Below, piece after piece: positions 18,909 to 29,268 of a DNA stretch of 64,000 nt (positions are counted from its first letter, which is position 1; every line of letters starts with the position of its first letter). This stretch comes from Bacteroidia bacterium. GTDB lineage: Bacteria; Bacteroidota; Bacteroidia; M30B66. The stretch spans positions 2,560,001 to 2,624,000 of the forward strand of contig OZ257142.1 in assembly GCA_965279035.1 (NCBI GenBank), given 5' to 3'. The position numbers were made by a program, and so were the translations under genes. The notes beneath the pieces are model-generated. The model saw only the letters and a list, made by a program, of their open reading frames with translations. It was not told where the DNA came from and searched no databases.

Positions 18909-21900
18909 TTATTTGTTTTGCTTTTTATCGTTAAATAATTCGCCAAGATTATCAAACTCCCGTCTGTAAAACAAACCTACACCTTGTGTATAGGGTACGT
19001 CATTACTTAAAAGTAAATACTGATTGGATCGATTGAAAACGCGAATCCTAACAGTTCCGTCCTCAGTTAATTTAACTTCAATATTAAATTCTCCCACCAT
19101 ATTAGTTGTATTGGCTGAAGTTGTATTTGTTCCAGCTGTACCAACATTTCCATCTATACTCACCCGATCGTTGAATAATTGTGTTTGTAAATTCACAGAA
19201 ACCTGGTCTTTACTCGCGGCTCCACCTTGGCTATAATTGACACCAATATTAACATCATTACTTAATTGCGATAACATATTACTTAATTGACTAGATATTA
19301 ATTCCCCTGCATTTGAGCCAACACCATTAATTCCTGTAGTTTCGGTTGCACCTCCTTGATTAGGTAAGAAGCTTTTAAACATTACTAATGAAAAAATCTG
19401 TTTATTCAGTTCATCTTCACTATAGATTTGAGATTTAAAAAGATTGATGGTATTATCATCAGCGTTAGGTAATGCAATATCAAATGTAATTTGAGGCTTC
19501 ATGAGTTTATCATTTAAATTCATGATCGCATTGACATCAATTGTTCTTTTTACTGCTGCACTTGAATCAATGTTTTTAACAAGATTGTAAAGTGATGTTC
19601 TTACTTTATAAATCGCTGTTAAATTAATATCTGCATCATAAGGATCGCCTTTAAAACTAATGACACCACCCTTTTGTAAAACAAATTTCTTATTGATTAC
19701 ATTTTGTAAAGTGAATAAATAATCACCATGATCTATATAGTAATCACCATATATATTAAACTCACCTGCTTCAGTTACTTCCATTCTTAAATTAGCTGTC
19801 CCATTTCCTTTAATCATATCTCCAACTTTGGGATCAAAAAGTAAATAAGCTTCAGCATCCGGAGTAACTTCCAAATTAAAATTTAATTCATATCCTTTAG
19901 AGCTAATTTTCCGAGAACTTAATTTACGTAATGGTTTAATTTCCCCTTTCTTTTCAAATGTAATAAAGTCTTGTTGACTCACATCGCTTGTACCCGTTAA
20001 TGGGAGAAAAAATGTTGTACCCTTTTCGGTTTTAGCATTAATATTCATTACAATATTGTCGAGAGGACCATTTGCTCTAAATGTACCCGAAACAAAAGCT
20101 TTACCATAGAATAAATCGCTTTGGTTTTCATTCGTATTTAAAGCTTGAAGAGAGTTCGCTTAAGAAAAACATCAAAATAAAAATCATCATAATTTGTATG
20201 ACTTATCTTCAAATCAAGTTTACCTGAATTAGAATTTTCATCTGTAATTTGAATGTTTTTAGCTTGAATTTGATTCTTCGTTACAATGAATTCATGAGCA
20301 AAGAAATAGCGTGTATTTAATAATCCAATTGTTACAGCAGTTCGTTTTAAATTAATTGTACCGTTTGTAATTAAATCGTCAGGTGATCCTGTTAAATGAA
20401 TGTTTCCATCAGCTAAGCCACTTATATCTGAAAATATATCCTCCAAATATTTCTTAAAAAGAGATATTTGAATATTATTCATTGCTAATTGTATATCAAT
20501 ATTATTTTTTTGTTTTGAAGGAATAAAATAACCGTTAAATGCTAATTTAGGAACTGAACCAGTTTTGATTTGTCCATCTAATAATATCCGTTCAGTTTTC
20601 GGATCCCATTTACTTGTAATAAGTCCATCACCAATAAGATCATTGTTAATTTGAATATTTTTCATATCCAAATCACTTTTAAAGAAAGGTCTACCAAAAA
20701 GGTCTGCAATAGATATAATACCTCGAGTAGAACCCTCAAGTTTAATATCTGATTCGGAGATAAATGGATTTAAATTTCGAAGTTGAAAATTATCCAAAAC
20801 TAAATCTAGCTCATCTTTTTCATCTTTACTTACTTTACCATCAATCCTTATAAATTCCTTTTGATGTGTAAATGACAAATTATTAAATTGAACTAAACCA
20901 GTATCAATAACGATTGAGTTCTCTTCGTTTACTTGCCATAAAGTATCTTCAATTAGAATTAATGAAGGAAGAACTTGGATGTTTATTCGAGATCCTGAAA
21001 ACGAAGCCTTTGCATTTAATTGAGCATCTGGTGCATCTAACCTTTTTCTAGAAGCCCATTTAAAATTCATACCAAGGCTATCCGTTATAGCATTCGATCT
21101 TAGTTGAACATAATTTACTTGAACACTGTCAGTAATAAACATTTTTTGTGCTCCTGCATAGAATTTCAACTTATGGTTCTCTGAATTAGCTTGTGAATTA
21201 AAGTCTTCAAATCGAACACCTCCAATTAATAATTTGGAAGAATTAATATCGATATTTAAAATATTTCCGGTTGATGAAAAATTGCCATTAATCTTAGTTC
21301 CAGGACTAATAATAACCGAAGGAAAAAAAAGATCTGATATTAAATCAATGTCTTTTATGGCGACAGAAAAATTAAATTTCTGATTAAACTCTTCTGTTTT
21401 ATCAATATGTATACTAGTAAAACTTGGTAAAAAACTATTTAACACTTTTGAAACTGCATCTGATAAACTAGCTAATCTAAATGCCCCATCAATTTTAGCA
21501 TCCAACATATCAGAATATAAATGAATTGATTTTGCCTCAGATTCACCATAAGATTCAAATAATAAATCTTCCATTTTGTAATGCTGAGTTCCATAAATAA
21601 CAGATGTTTGAGCCATTTCAATTTGGCCTTCAACTTGATCTAATGATTTGCCTTTGAACTTACTTGTGATTTCAGTTGAAAGTATTAATGCGGAATCGCG
21701 TTTAACTAATTTAAGTTCTGTTAAGTTTATTTTATGAATATCAGCTTGAAAATCAAAATCCGGTTTTTCACCTGAAAGATCAACTAAACCTGAAAAATTC
21801 AAATTCAAATTTGAGTCATTTACTTTCAATTTTCCATCATACGTTTTACCATTTACAATTCCAGTTGCAGTAATATTCGAATACGAATACCCATTTAATT

Positions 21901-23323
21901 GAATAAATGGAATTGTACAATTGATCTCTGCTTTCAAATTTTCCTCATCAAATCCAATCCCATTGATTTCGGAATTAATAGATAAATCGCCTAGTCGAGG
22001 TTCAATGCCTAATAACTTACCAATTTTAGCTTCAGCAGAACCAAATCGACCTGCATATGCATATTGATTTAATTCACTTCGAAACCAGACACGTAAATCA
22101 GCTTCTAGATCGCCAACATCTGTTGAGAACTTACCTTCCGCTTTCACATCATCTAAATAACCGGTTAAGGTTCCACGATATGATATTATACCCATTTTAG
22201 AAACCATCTCGGGTAGAGCGAGTTTCTCTCCAGAACTGAATGGATAAGATTGAATTTGATCTAAGTCTGATTTGGATGTTTGTAATTCAACTATGTTATA
22301 ATGAAAATACATTTTATCAGTATCAGGTAAACCATCCATTTCATAACTTCCTATAAATCGACTATCTTCTCCAAAACTTAAAAGTGTATTGAATCCTTTT
22401 AAATGATCAACAGTTCCTTTAAAACCTCCTGAATATTCAATTTGCTGTTTAAGTCCTTTTAATTCAGGGGCAAAAACAGCCAATTCATCTAAATCGACAG
22501 ACGATTTTCGAATTTTCCCTCTCATTTGAACTTTTTCAATAAAATCACTCAGATCATCGTAAGTATCATAATCAAAATGAGCTTTCCCTTCTAAGAAACT
22601 TTTTGGTGTTCGAATACTCATATTGGAAAAATCCATCATGGTATAAGCAACAATAAAATCAGCATTAAAATCATCCACTTGAAATCCACTAGATTCTTTG
22701 AATTTCATGTGACTCAACTTTCCAGATAAAGAATCATCAATGATCAAAAAATTGCTCAATTTTGCTGATATGTCGCGAATTTGAATGTGATTATAATTCA
22801 TTCCAAATCCAGTATCTGGAATTGTATCACGGAATTCATACGTAAAATCAACATTTTCTACATCAACATCCCAAAAGAACATTTCGGGTGGTTTTGATTT
22901 TAATTTTGAGGTTGTGTCCTTAGGTCCATTGATAGCATCCAAGATAAATTGAATGTTTAAATCCTCTTCTCCTTCAAATTGCCTCACATTAAATTGACCG
23001 TCACGAATTGTTGCATGATCAAAGTCAAAGTGAGAAAAACCTAAATACACATCATCAAAATTTGCTTCTACATAGTCAGCATACAATAATGTGTCTTTAT
23101 GAAGATCTTCGACATAAAATCCCTCTAAAGTTACTCGATCGAAGAAGCGTAATTTAATTGCCCGAATATCAACTTTAGCCCCGATTTCGCTACTAATTCT
23201 GGCAGCAACTTCTTTTGCCAACCACGTTTGAAATCTCCCACTTTGAAATAACACAATGCACCCAGTGAGTAAAATCAACACGGAGAGCAAAAAAAAACCT
23301 GTTATTTTGCGAAGTAGTTTAAT
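18909..23323 (-). CDS. tamB: Translocation/assembly module TamB, with a one-base frameshift near 20160
   Basis: N-terminal anchor, long beta-rich body and C-terminal TamB domain; ORFs 20138-23290 and 18909-20048 join if one A is added (..VFLKANSLQALNTNENQSDLFYGKAF..); start uncertain (ATT 23323 or TTG 23290). Confidence 0.88.
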
Positions 23324-23336
23324 AGTAAATAAATTT

Positions 23337-24359
23337 ATGAGGAATCAACCGGTGTATATATTAGGCATTGAATCTTCTTGTGACGATACAGCGGCTGCTA
23401 TTCTGGCCGACGACAAAATGCTTGCCAATGTAATTGCTGGTCAAGAAGTCCACCGAAACTGGGGAGGAGTTGTTCCTGAATTAGCATCTAGAGCACATCA
23501 GCAGCACATTGTTCCGGTAGTGGAAGAAGCGCTTCGAGTAGCAAAAATAAGCAAACATGAGCTACATGCAGTAGCTTATACGCGCGGACCTGGATTATTA
23601 GGTAGTTTACTAGTTGGGAGTTCATTTGCAAAAGGTTTTTCATTTGGCCTAGGTATTCCACTTATTGAAATTAATCATATGCAAGCTCATATTCTTGCTC
23701 ATTTTATTCAAGGAGAAAACCCCGCCCCTAAATTTCCATTTTTATGTTTAACCGTTTCTGGAGGTCATACACAGATAGTTCAGGTGAATAGTCCATTTGA
23801 AATGAAAGTCATTGGAGAAACTCTTGATGATGCCGCCGGTGAAGCATTTGATAAAGTGGCAAAAATTCTTGGTTTACCTTATCCTGGAGGACCTATGGTT
23901 GATCAATTAGCAAAAACAGGAAATAGTCAACGATTTAAATTTACAGAGCCCAAAGCGGAAGGATTTGATTTTAGTTTTAGTGGTTTAAAAACTTCCTTTT
24001 TGTACTTGGTCAGAGATGAAATGAAGAAAGATCCTGATTTTATTAATAAGAATTTAAATGATTTATGTGCTTCAATTCAGTTTACCATTGTAAAAATCCT
24101 CGTTAGTAAAATCAAGCAGGCTGCTCAGATGTTAAAGATACAGTCTCTCGCTTTAGCAGGTGGAGTTTCTGCAAATTCACATTTGCGCAATGAAATACAA
24201 GCTCTTAGTAAAGATGGATTTACGGTTCACATTCCGGCATTTGAATATTGTACCGACAATGCTGCAATGGTGGCTATTTCAGGATACTACAAGTATATAG
24301 CTGGAGAATTTTCATCTGAAAACGAAAGCTCATTAGCCCGTTATCCATTAACTAGGTAA
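23337..24359 (+). CDS. tsaD: tRNA N6-adenosine threonylcarbamoyltransferase
   Basis: ILGIESSCDDT, GGVVPELASRAH, HMQAH, VSGGHT, DDAAGEAFDK, CTDNAAM; start ATG 23337. Confidence 0.98.
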   Translation: MRNQPVYILGIESSCDDTAAAILADDKMLANVIAGQEVHRNWGGVVPELASRAHQQHIVPVVEEALRVAKISKHELHAVAYTRGPGLLGSLLVGSSFAKGFSFGLGIPLIEINHMQAHILAHFIQGENPAPKFPFLCLTVSGGHTQIVQVNSPFEMKVIGETLDDAAGEAFDKVAKILGLPYPGGPMVDQLAKTGNSQRFKFTEPKAEGFDFSFSGLKTSFLYLVRDEMKKDPDFINKNLNDLCASIQFTIVKILVSKIKQAAQMLKIQSLALAGGVSANSHLRNEIQALSKDGFTVHIPAFEYCTDNAAMVAISGYYKYIAGEFSSENESSLARYPLTR

Positions 24360-24369
24360 TTTCTAAATT

Positions 24370-24954
24370 TTACTTCTTTTCAGCTTGTTTTTTTTCTTCA
24401 TTTAATGTGACAGGTTCATCTGCTTTAGATGTATCTGAATTCATTTTTTCAAATTCACGAATGAGTTCTTCATCCGATTTACCTAAATTTTTAATTGATG
24501 CTTCAGCACTAGCAGCAAATTCGTGATTCGGATACTTTTTAAGAAACTCTCTATAGTAGTTGCCAGCTAAAGCATCATCATTCAATTGATTATCATACAC
24601 AAAGCCTTTATAAAATAAAGCCTCAGCAGCACGTTTATGATCAGGATAAACATTAGTAAACTTATCGAGTATATCCAATGCCGATTTTCCCCAATTTAAA
24701 CTCATGCTCAAGTTTGCTGCTTTGAAAAGATATTCTGGAGCTAAAGAATCGGTTGGATATTTCTCTGCAAATTCGGTGTAAGCAACTTGGAGATTATATG
24801 CGGCAACTTCGTCTTTCGCTTTGAGTGAGTCCTGCAATAAACGCGATTCCAGGTCTTTAATTTTACTCAATTTCTCTTCTCTTCCACCATTACATGCAGC
24901 TAGTAAAAGTAAAACTGATAAGCTGAAAGCTGAAAAATACGTTGTTAATTTCAT
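24370..24954 (-). CDS. TPR lipoprotein (YbgF/BamD-like repeats)
   Basis: Lipobox LLAAC; repeated F..KYP....A..ALF TPR motifs. Confidence 0.85.
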   Translation of the reverse strand: MKLTTYFSAFSLSVLLLLAACNGGREEKLSKIKDLESRLLQDSLKAKDEVAAYNLQVAYTEFAEKYPTDSLAPEYLFKAANLSMSLNWGKSALDILDKFTNVYPDHKRAAEALFYKGFVYDNQLNDDALAGNYYREFLKKYPNHEFAASAEASIKNLGKSDEELIREFEKMNSDTSKADEPVTLNEEKKQAEKK

Positions 24955-25000
24955 GGATCTTTATTAAGTTAATTTGCGTAAAAATAGAAAAAGCAAAACA

Positions 25001-25564
25001 CTACCTACGAAATTGAGGAAATTTCATTCGATAATCAACTTTCACTTTTCCTTTTGAGATTTCTTGGAGCTTACCACGTAAAAGTGTTCTTCTTAATTGA
25101 CTGAGTCGATCTGTAAACAAAATACCATCAATATGATCATATTCATGTTGAATTATTCGAGCTAATATACCATCAAACGTTTCTTCAAACGAATTGAAAT
25201 TTTCATCTTGGTATCTCAATCGAATTACCGGTTTCCTTTCTACATCTTCCCGAATATGTGGAATACTCAAACAACCTTCATTGAATTTCCATTCTTCTCC
25301 CGAATCTTCAATAATTTCAGCATTAATAAATACCTTTTTCACACCCTCCAATTCTGGATGCTCATCGGCAAAAGGGGATGCATCAAGTACAAATAATCGT
25401 ATTGAAACTCCAACTTGTGGTGCAGCCAAACCAACTCCAGGAGCATTGTACATTGTTTCGAACATATTGGCGATAAGCTCGGCTAAGCCCGGATGCTCTG
25501 CATCTATAAAGGCTCCTTTCTGTTTTAAAACGGGCGTTCCGTATGCGACAATCGGTAATATCAT
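25001..25564 (-). CDS. def: Peptide deformylase
   Basis: GVGLAAPQVG, EGCLS, QHEYDH. Confidence 0.98.
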   Translation of the reverse strand: MILPIVAYGTPVLKQKGAFIDAEHPGLAELIANMFETMYNAPGVGLAAPQVGVSIRLFVLDASPFADEHPELEGVKKVFINAEIIEDSGEEWKFNEGCLSIPHIREDVERKPVIRLRYQDENFNSFEETFDGILARIIQHEYDHIDGILFTDRLSQLRRTLLRGKLQEISKGKVKVDYRMKFPQFRR

Positions 25565-25573
25565 TTTGCAAAA

Positions 25574-25999
25574 TTACATTTTTCCAAATTGTATTTGCTC
25601 CATATAGCTTTGTAAAATAATCACCGCACTTAAAGTATCTATCAATGATTTGTCTTTACGTTGTTTTTTACTTGCCCCAGCTTCTATCAATGTGCCGAAT
25701 GCTATCTTACTTGTGAATCGTTCATCAATACGTACAATTTTTACTGTAGGAAATGCCTTTTCGATTGCTCTAACAAAATTGTTTAACGATTCTTGAGGAC
25801 CACTAGAAGTTCCATCAAGATGCTTTGGATCACCAATAACGATTGTTTCTACATTCTCTTTTGAAAGGTAAAGCTTCAAATAGGGGATTGTTTCTTCATT
25901 TGAAACTGTTTTTAAAGGATTGGCGATTAATTGCAAATTGTCGGTTACTGCAATTCCAATTCGTTTTGTTCCAAAATCTAAAGCTAAAATTCGAGGCAT
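25574..25999 (-). CDS. ruvX: Pre-16S rRNA nuclease YqgF/RuvX
   Basis: RILALDFG.KRIGIAV.D, DERFTS, D..SA.IILQ; start ATG 25999. Confidence 0.96.
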   Translation of the reverse strand: MPRILALDFGTKRIGIAVTDNLQLIANPLKTVSNEETIPYLKLYLSKENVETIVIGDPKHLDGTSSGPQESLNNFVRAIEKAFPTVKIVRIDERFTSKIAFGTLIEAGASKKQRKDKSLIDTLSAVIILQSYMEQIQFGKM

Positions 26000-26095
26000 A
26001 AAAAGAATTCTTTGAGAATGATTCGTTCGTTGTAAAGATGATATAATATTTGAATTCGAAAATGCATGTACGTACATTTAGTTTATCTTTGAATT

Positions 26096-26962
26096 ATGAA
26101 ACGAAGAGGGTTTCTTTACGCATCTACACTTAGCATAATGGGAAGTGGTTTAGCCAGTTTGAAAGATATTATGTCAAATCCTAGGGATTCTGAAAGAATG
26201 CCCGTTTTATTTATTGGTCATGGAAATCCAATGAATGCCATTGAGAAAAATAAATACTCATTATCGTGGGAACAAATGGGGAAAAATTTACCGAAACCCA
26301 AAGCGATTGTATGTGTTTCGGCGCATTGGGAGACAAGAGGAACCAAAGTTACAGCAACACCATTTCCCGAAACTATTCATGATTTTGGTGGGTTTCCACA
26401 AGCCTTGTTTGATGTTCAATATCCAGCAAGTGGAAATCCAGAATTAGCATTAGAAATTGGCAGAATGGTTCACTCAGTTGGAGTTCAACAAGATTTACAA
26501 TGGGGACTTGATCATGGTACTTGGAGTGTACTCAAACCCATGTATCCATTAGCCGATATTCCAGTTATTCAGCTCAGTTTGGATATTAATAAAACACCAC
26601 AACAACATGTTGAATTAGCTAAAGAACTTTCTTTCTTAAGAGATAAAGGGGTTTTGATTATTGGAAGTGGAAATATTGTTCATAATCTTGGACGAATCGA
26701 TTGGCAAAATCCGAATCGAGGTTATGATTGGGCAATTGAATTTAATGATCAAGTAAAAAAGACAATCTTAAACAGAGAATTTAGCAAACTGAGTTTTTAC
26801 AAAGAATTGAGTAAATCGGCAGAATTAGCTGTTCCTTCAACAGAACATTACCTTCCACTACTCTATGCAACAGCAATTGCTACTGAAAAAGATCAATTAG
26901 AATTTTTCAATGATGATCCTCAAATGGGTTCTCTTACTATGACCAGTTTAAAAATCTCCTAA
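26096..26962 (+). CDS. ygiD: 4,5-DOPA dioxygenase extradiol (LigB family)
   Basis: FIGHGNPMN, SAHW, IHDFGGFP, GLDHGTW, GSGNIVHNL, EHYLPL. Confidence 0.92.
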   Translation: MKRRGFLYASTLSIMGSGLASLKDIMSNPRDSERMPVLFIGHGNPMNAIEKNKYSLSWEQMGKNLPKPKAIVCVSAHWETRGTKVTATPFPETIHDFGGFPQALFDVQYPASGNPELALEIGRMVHSVGVQQDLQWGLDHGTWSVLKPMYPLADIPVIQLSLDINKTPQQHVELAKELSFLRDKGVLIIGSGNIVHNLGRIDWQNPNRGYDWAIEFNDQVKKTILNREFSKLSFYKELSKSAELAVPSTEHYLPLLYATAIATEKDQLEFFNDDPQMGSLTMTSLKIS

Positions 26963-27757
26963 TTATTTAACTCCCGAATCTGTATTCATCAACAAAGGCT
27001 GTTTACCATCTGTGATAATAATTTTGCTATTTGGTGAATTCGAAAGGCTCTTTAACATGAGAATCTGATTATATTGAAGCAACTTCTCGGTTAAAGATGA
27101 ATTAATTATGTCCTGAGCTTCTTTTGTAGCTTGTGCTTCAATCAAAACGCGTTCAGCTTCCTTTTTTTGTTTTGCAATAACAAATTCCATTTGCAAAACT
27201 GCTTGTTCAGCATTTACCTTATCTTGAATTGCTGTCACCATTTGAGGTGGCAATAAAATATCTTTTAATAATACGGCATCAACTATAAATCCGTAATCAG
27301 CAATATGTTTACTTAATTCTTCTGCTATGGCTGTTTCTATTTTACTACGTTCGGTAGCATATAATTCTTTTGCGAAAAAACGAGCACTTATTTCACGAGC
27401 TGTAGCTCTAAAATTACTTAGCACAATTACTTCTTCGTAATTAGATCCAAATTTTAAATAAACATCATTTGCTGCTTCAGGTTTCACATGATACAAAAGA
27501 CTGATTTCAGTATTAACACTTAATCCTTCTTTGGTAGGCAATGGAAGCACATTATATACTTCAACAACCCGTGTATTAATTTTAACAATCTTCGTCCCGA
27601 AAGGATTAAACCAAACTACTCCAGCATGAATAGGCTTTCCTTTTATTTTACCAAGTGTTTGTCGAATCCCAATTTCTCCTGGACGGACAATTGAACACGA
27701 ATTTAAAGTCAATAAAATGAAGTAAGCGATTGACGCTTTGAATGCAAGACGAAACAT
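26963..27757 (-). CDS. SPFH/prohibitin-family protein, probable lipoprotein
   Basis: LNSC lipobox, VRPGE.G, Band 7 domain, AEQ coiled coil. Confidence 0.92.
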   Translation of the reverse strand: MFRLAFKASIAYFILLTLNSCSIVRPGEIGIRQTLGKIKGKPIHAGVVWFNPFGTKIVKINTRVVEVYNVLPLPTKEGLSVNTEISLLYHVKPEAANDVYLKFGSNYEEVIVLSNFRATAREISARFFAKELYATERSKIETAIAEELSKHIADYGFIVDAVLLKDILLPPQMVTAIQDKVNAEQAVLQMEFVIAKQKKEAERVLIEAQATKEAQDIINSSLTEKLLQYNQILMLKSLSNSPNSKIIITDGKQPLLMNTDSGVK

Positions 27758-27835
27758 ATATTTTTTTTCTCAAAACTAAAGGCTAGTTTCTTAATATATG
27801 CTTAAGAATAAATATTGAATTCAAGGTTTATGAAG

Positions 27836-28513
27836 CTATGGGCGATTGATTTTATCATTCCCCATCAATACATACTGCACTAGATTTGCTCCCATTTTCA
27901 GTGCTTTCTGTCTAGTAACTTCAGAATCTTTATGAACAGATGGATCTTCCCATCCATCACCTAAATCACACTCATACGTATACAAGACAACCAATCGACC
28001 TTCCCAAAATAATCCAAATGCTTGAGGAGGAGTTCCATCATGCTCGTGAATTTTAGGTAATCCACCGGGAAAATCAAATTTTTGATGAAAAATGGGATGC
28101 GAAGGAGGTAATTCAACTAAATCAAGTTCAGGAAAGATATGTTTCAATTGAGGACGAATAAATACATCCATTCCATAATTATCATCAATATGTAAAAAAC
28201 CACCGGCAATGAGATAAGTCCTCAAATTATCACTTTCAGCAGAGCTAAATATTACATTTCCATGACCGGTCATGTGTATAAATGGAAGGTTGAAAATCTC
28301 CGGATTATTTGCCTCAATTGTTATTGGATCTGGTGATATGCTTGTTCCAATATTTTTATTGCAGAATGAAATTAGATTAGGTAATGAGGTTGGATTTGCA
28401 TACCAATCTCCTCCTCCATTGTATTTTAATAAACCAATATTATAGGTTCCTTGAGCATTTATTTTATGAAGTAGAATCAAACAAATGATCAAAAATTGAA
28501 AACGTTTCATCAT
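27836..28513 (-). CDS. DUF4159 protein
   Basis: GGGDWY.NPT.L.NL, HMTGHG, GGFLHIDDNYG, DLGDGWED. Confidence 0.9.
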   Translation of the reverse strand: MMKRFQFLIICLILLHKINAQGTYNIGLLKYNGGGDWYANPTSLPNLISFCNKNIGTSISPDPITIEANNPEIFNLPFIHMTGHGNVIFSSAESDNLRTYLIAGGFLHIDDNYGMDVFIRPQLKHIFPELDLVELPPSHPIFHQKFDFPGGLPKIHEHDGTPPQAFGLFWEGRLVVLYTYECDLGDGWEDPSVHKDSEVTRQKALKMGANLVQYVLMGNDKINRP

Positions 28514-28544
28514 GTTATTATTGAAATTCAAATGTCGTATTTAT

Positions 28545-29255
28545 TTAGGAATGAATTTGCCAAGCTGTTTGAACTTGAGCACAAACGATAATTCCCGCTG
28601 TTTCAGCTCTTAAACGACTTTCTCCTAGGGAAATTGCCGTATATCCCAACTTCAATGCTGCATCTACTTCTTCTTGAGTAAAATCTCCTTCTGGTCCAAC
28701 AAGAACAGTTATTTGATTGTGATTTCGAGCTTGATATGATAAGTAAGGTTTTTCAGAAGGAATGCAATGGGCTATATAGCGTGATCCTGAAATGTCCTTT
28801 TTTATAAAATCACCAAATAAAATTGAATCATTCAAAACAGGCAGTTGTGCATTCATACTTTGTTTCATGGCTGAAAGTACAATTTTTTCAACACGTTGCA
28901 TTTTCACATGATTCCGTTCAGTTCTTTTGGAAATGATTGGAGTGATTTCATCAATACCAATTTCAGTCGCCTTTTCTAAAAACCACTCAAAACGTTCCAT
29001 CATTTTAGTTGGAGCAATAGCAACGTGCAGTCGGTAGGGACGATTATTAGAATCTTTCAACTTTCGTAAATTCCCAATGCTTGAATTTTTCTGATGTACC
29101 AAAATAACTTCCCCTTCAAACATTCCACCTTTTCCATCTAACAATAGAACTGTAACCCCTTCTTTTAAACGAAGAACTTTGCTTAAGTGCAAACTTTCTT
29201 CTTCTGAAAGAATTGCATTATTCAATTGAATGTTGTTTGAATAAAATACATGCAT
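28545..29255 (-). CDS. rsmE: 16S rRNA m3U1498 methyltransferase
   Basis: H..KVLRL, EKATEIG, GPEGDF, SLG..RLRAETA. Confidence 0.96.
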   Translation of the reverse strand: MHVFYSNNIQLNNAILSEEESLHLSKVLRLKEGVTVLLLDGKGGMFEGEVILVHQKNSSIGNLRKLKDSNNRPYRLHVAIAPTKMMERFEWFLEKATEIGIDEITPIISKRTERNHVKMQRVEKIVLSAMKQSMNAQLPVLNDSILFGDFIKKDISGSRYIAHCIPSEKPYLSYQARNHNQITVLVGPEGDFTQEEVDAALKLGYTAISLGESRLRAETAGIIVCAQVQTAWQIHS

Positions 29256-29268
29256 TGTCTATGAAGAT

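Noticed and set aside
18909-20048. Separate 379-aa gene
   Set aside because: It is the C-terminal part of frameshifted tamB
23256-23336. Extended tsaD N-terminus
   Set aside because: Overlaps tamB; homology begins after ATG 23337
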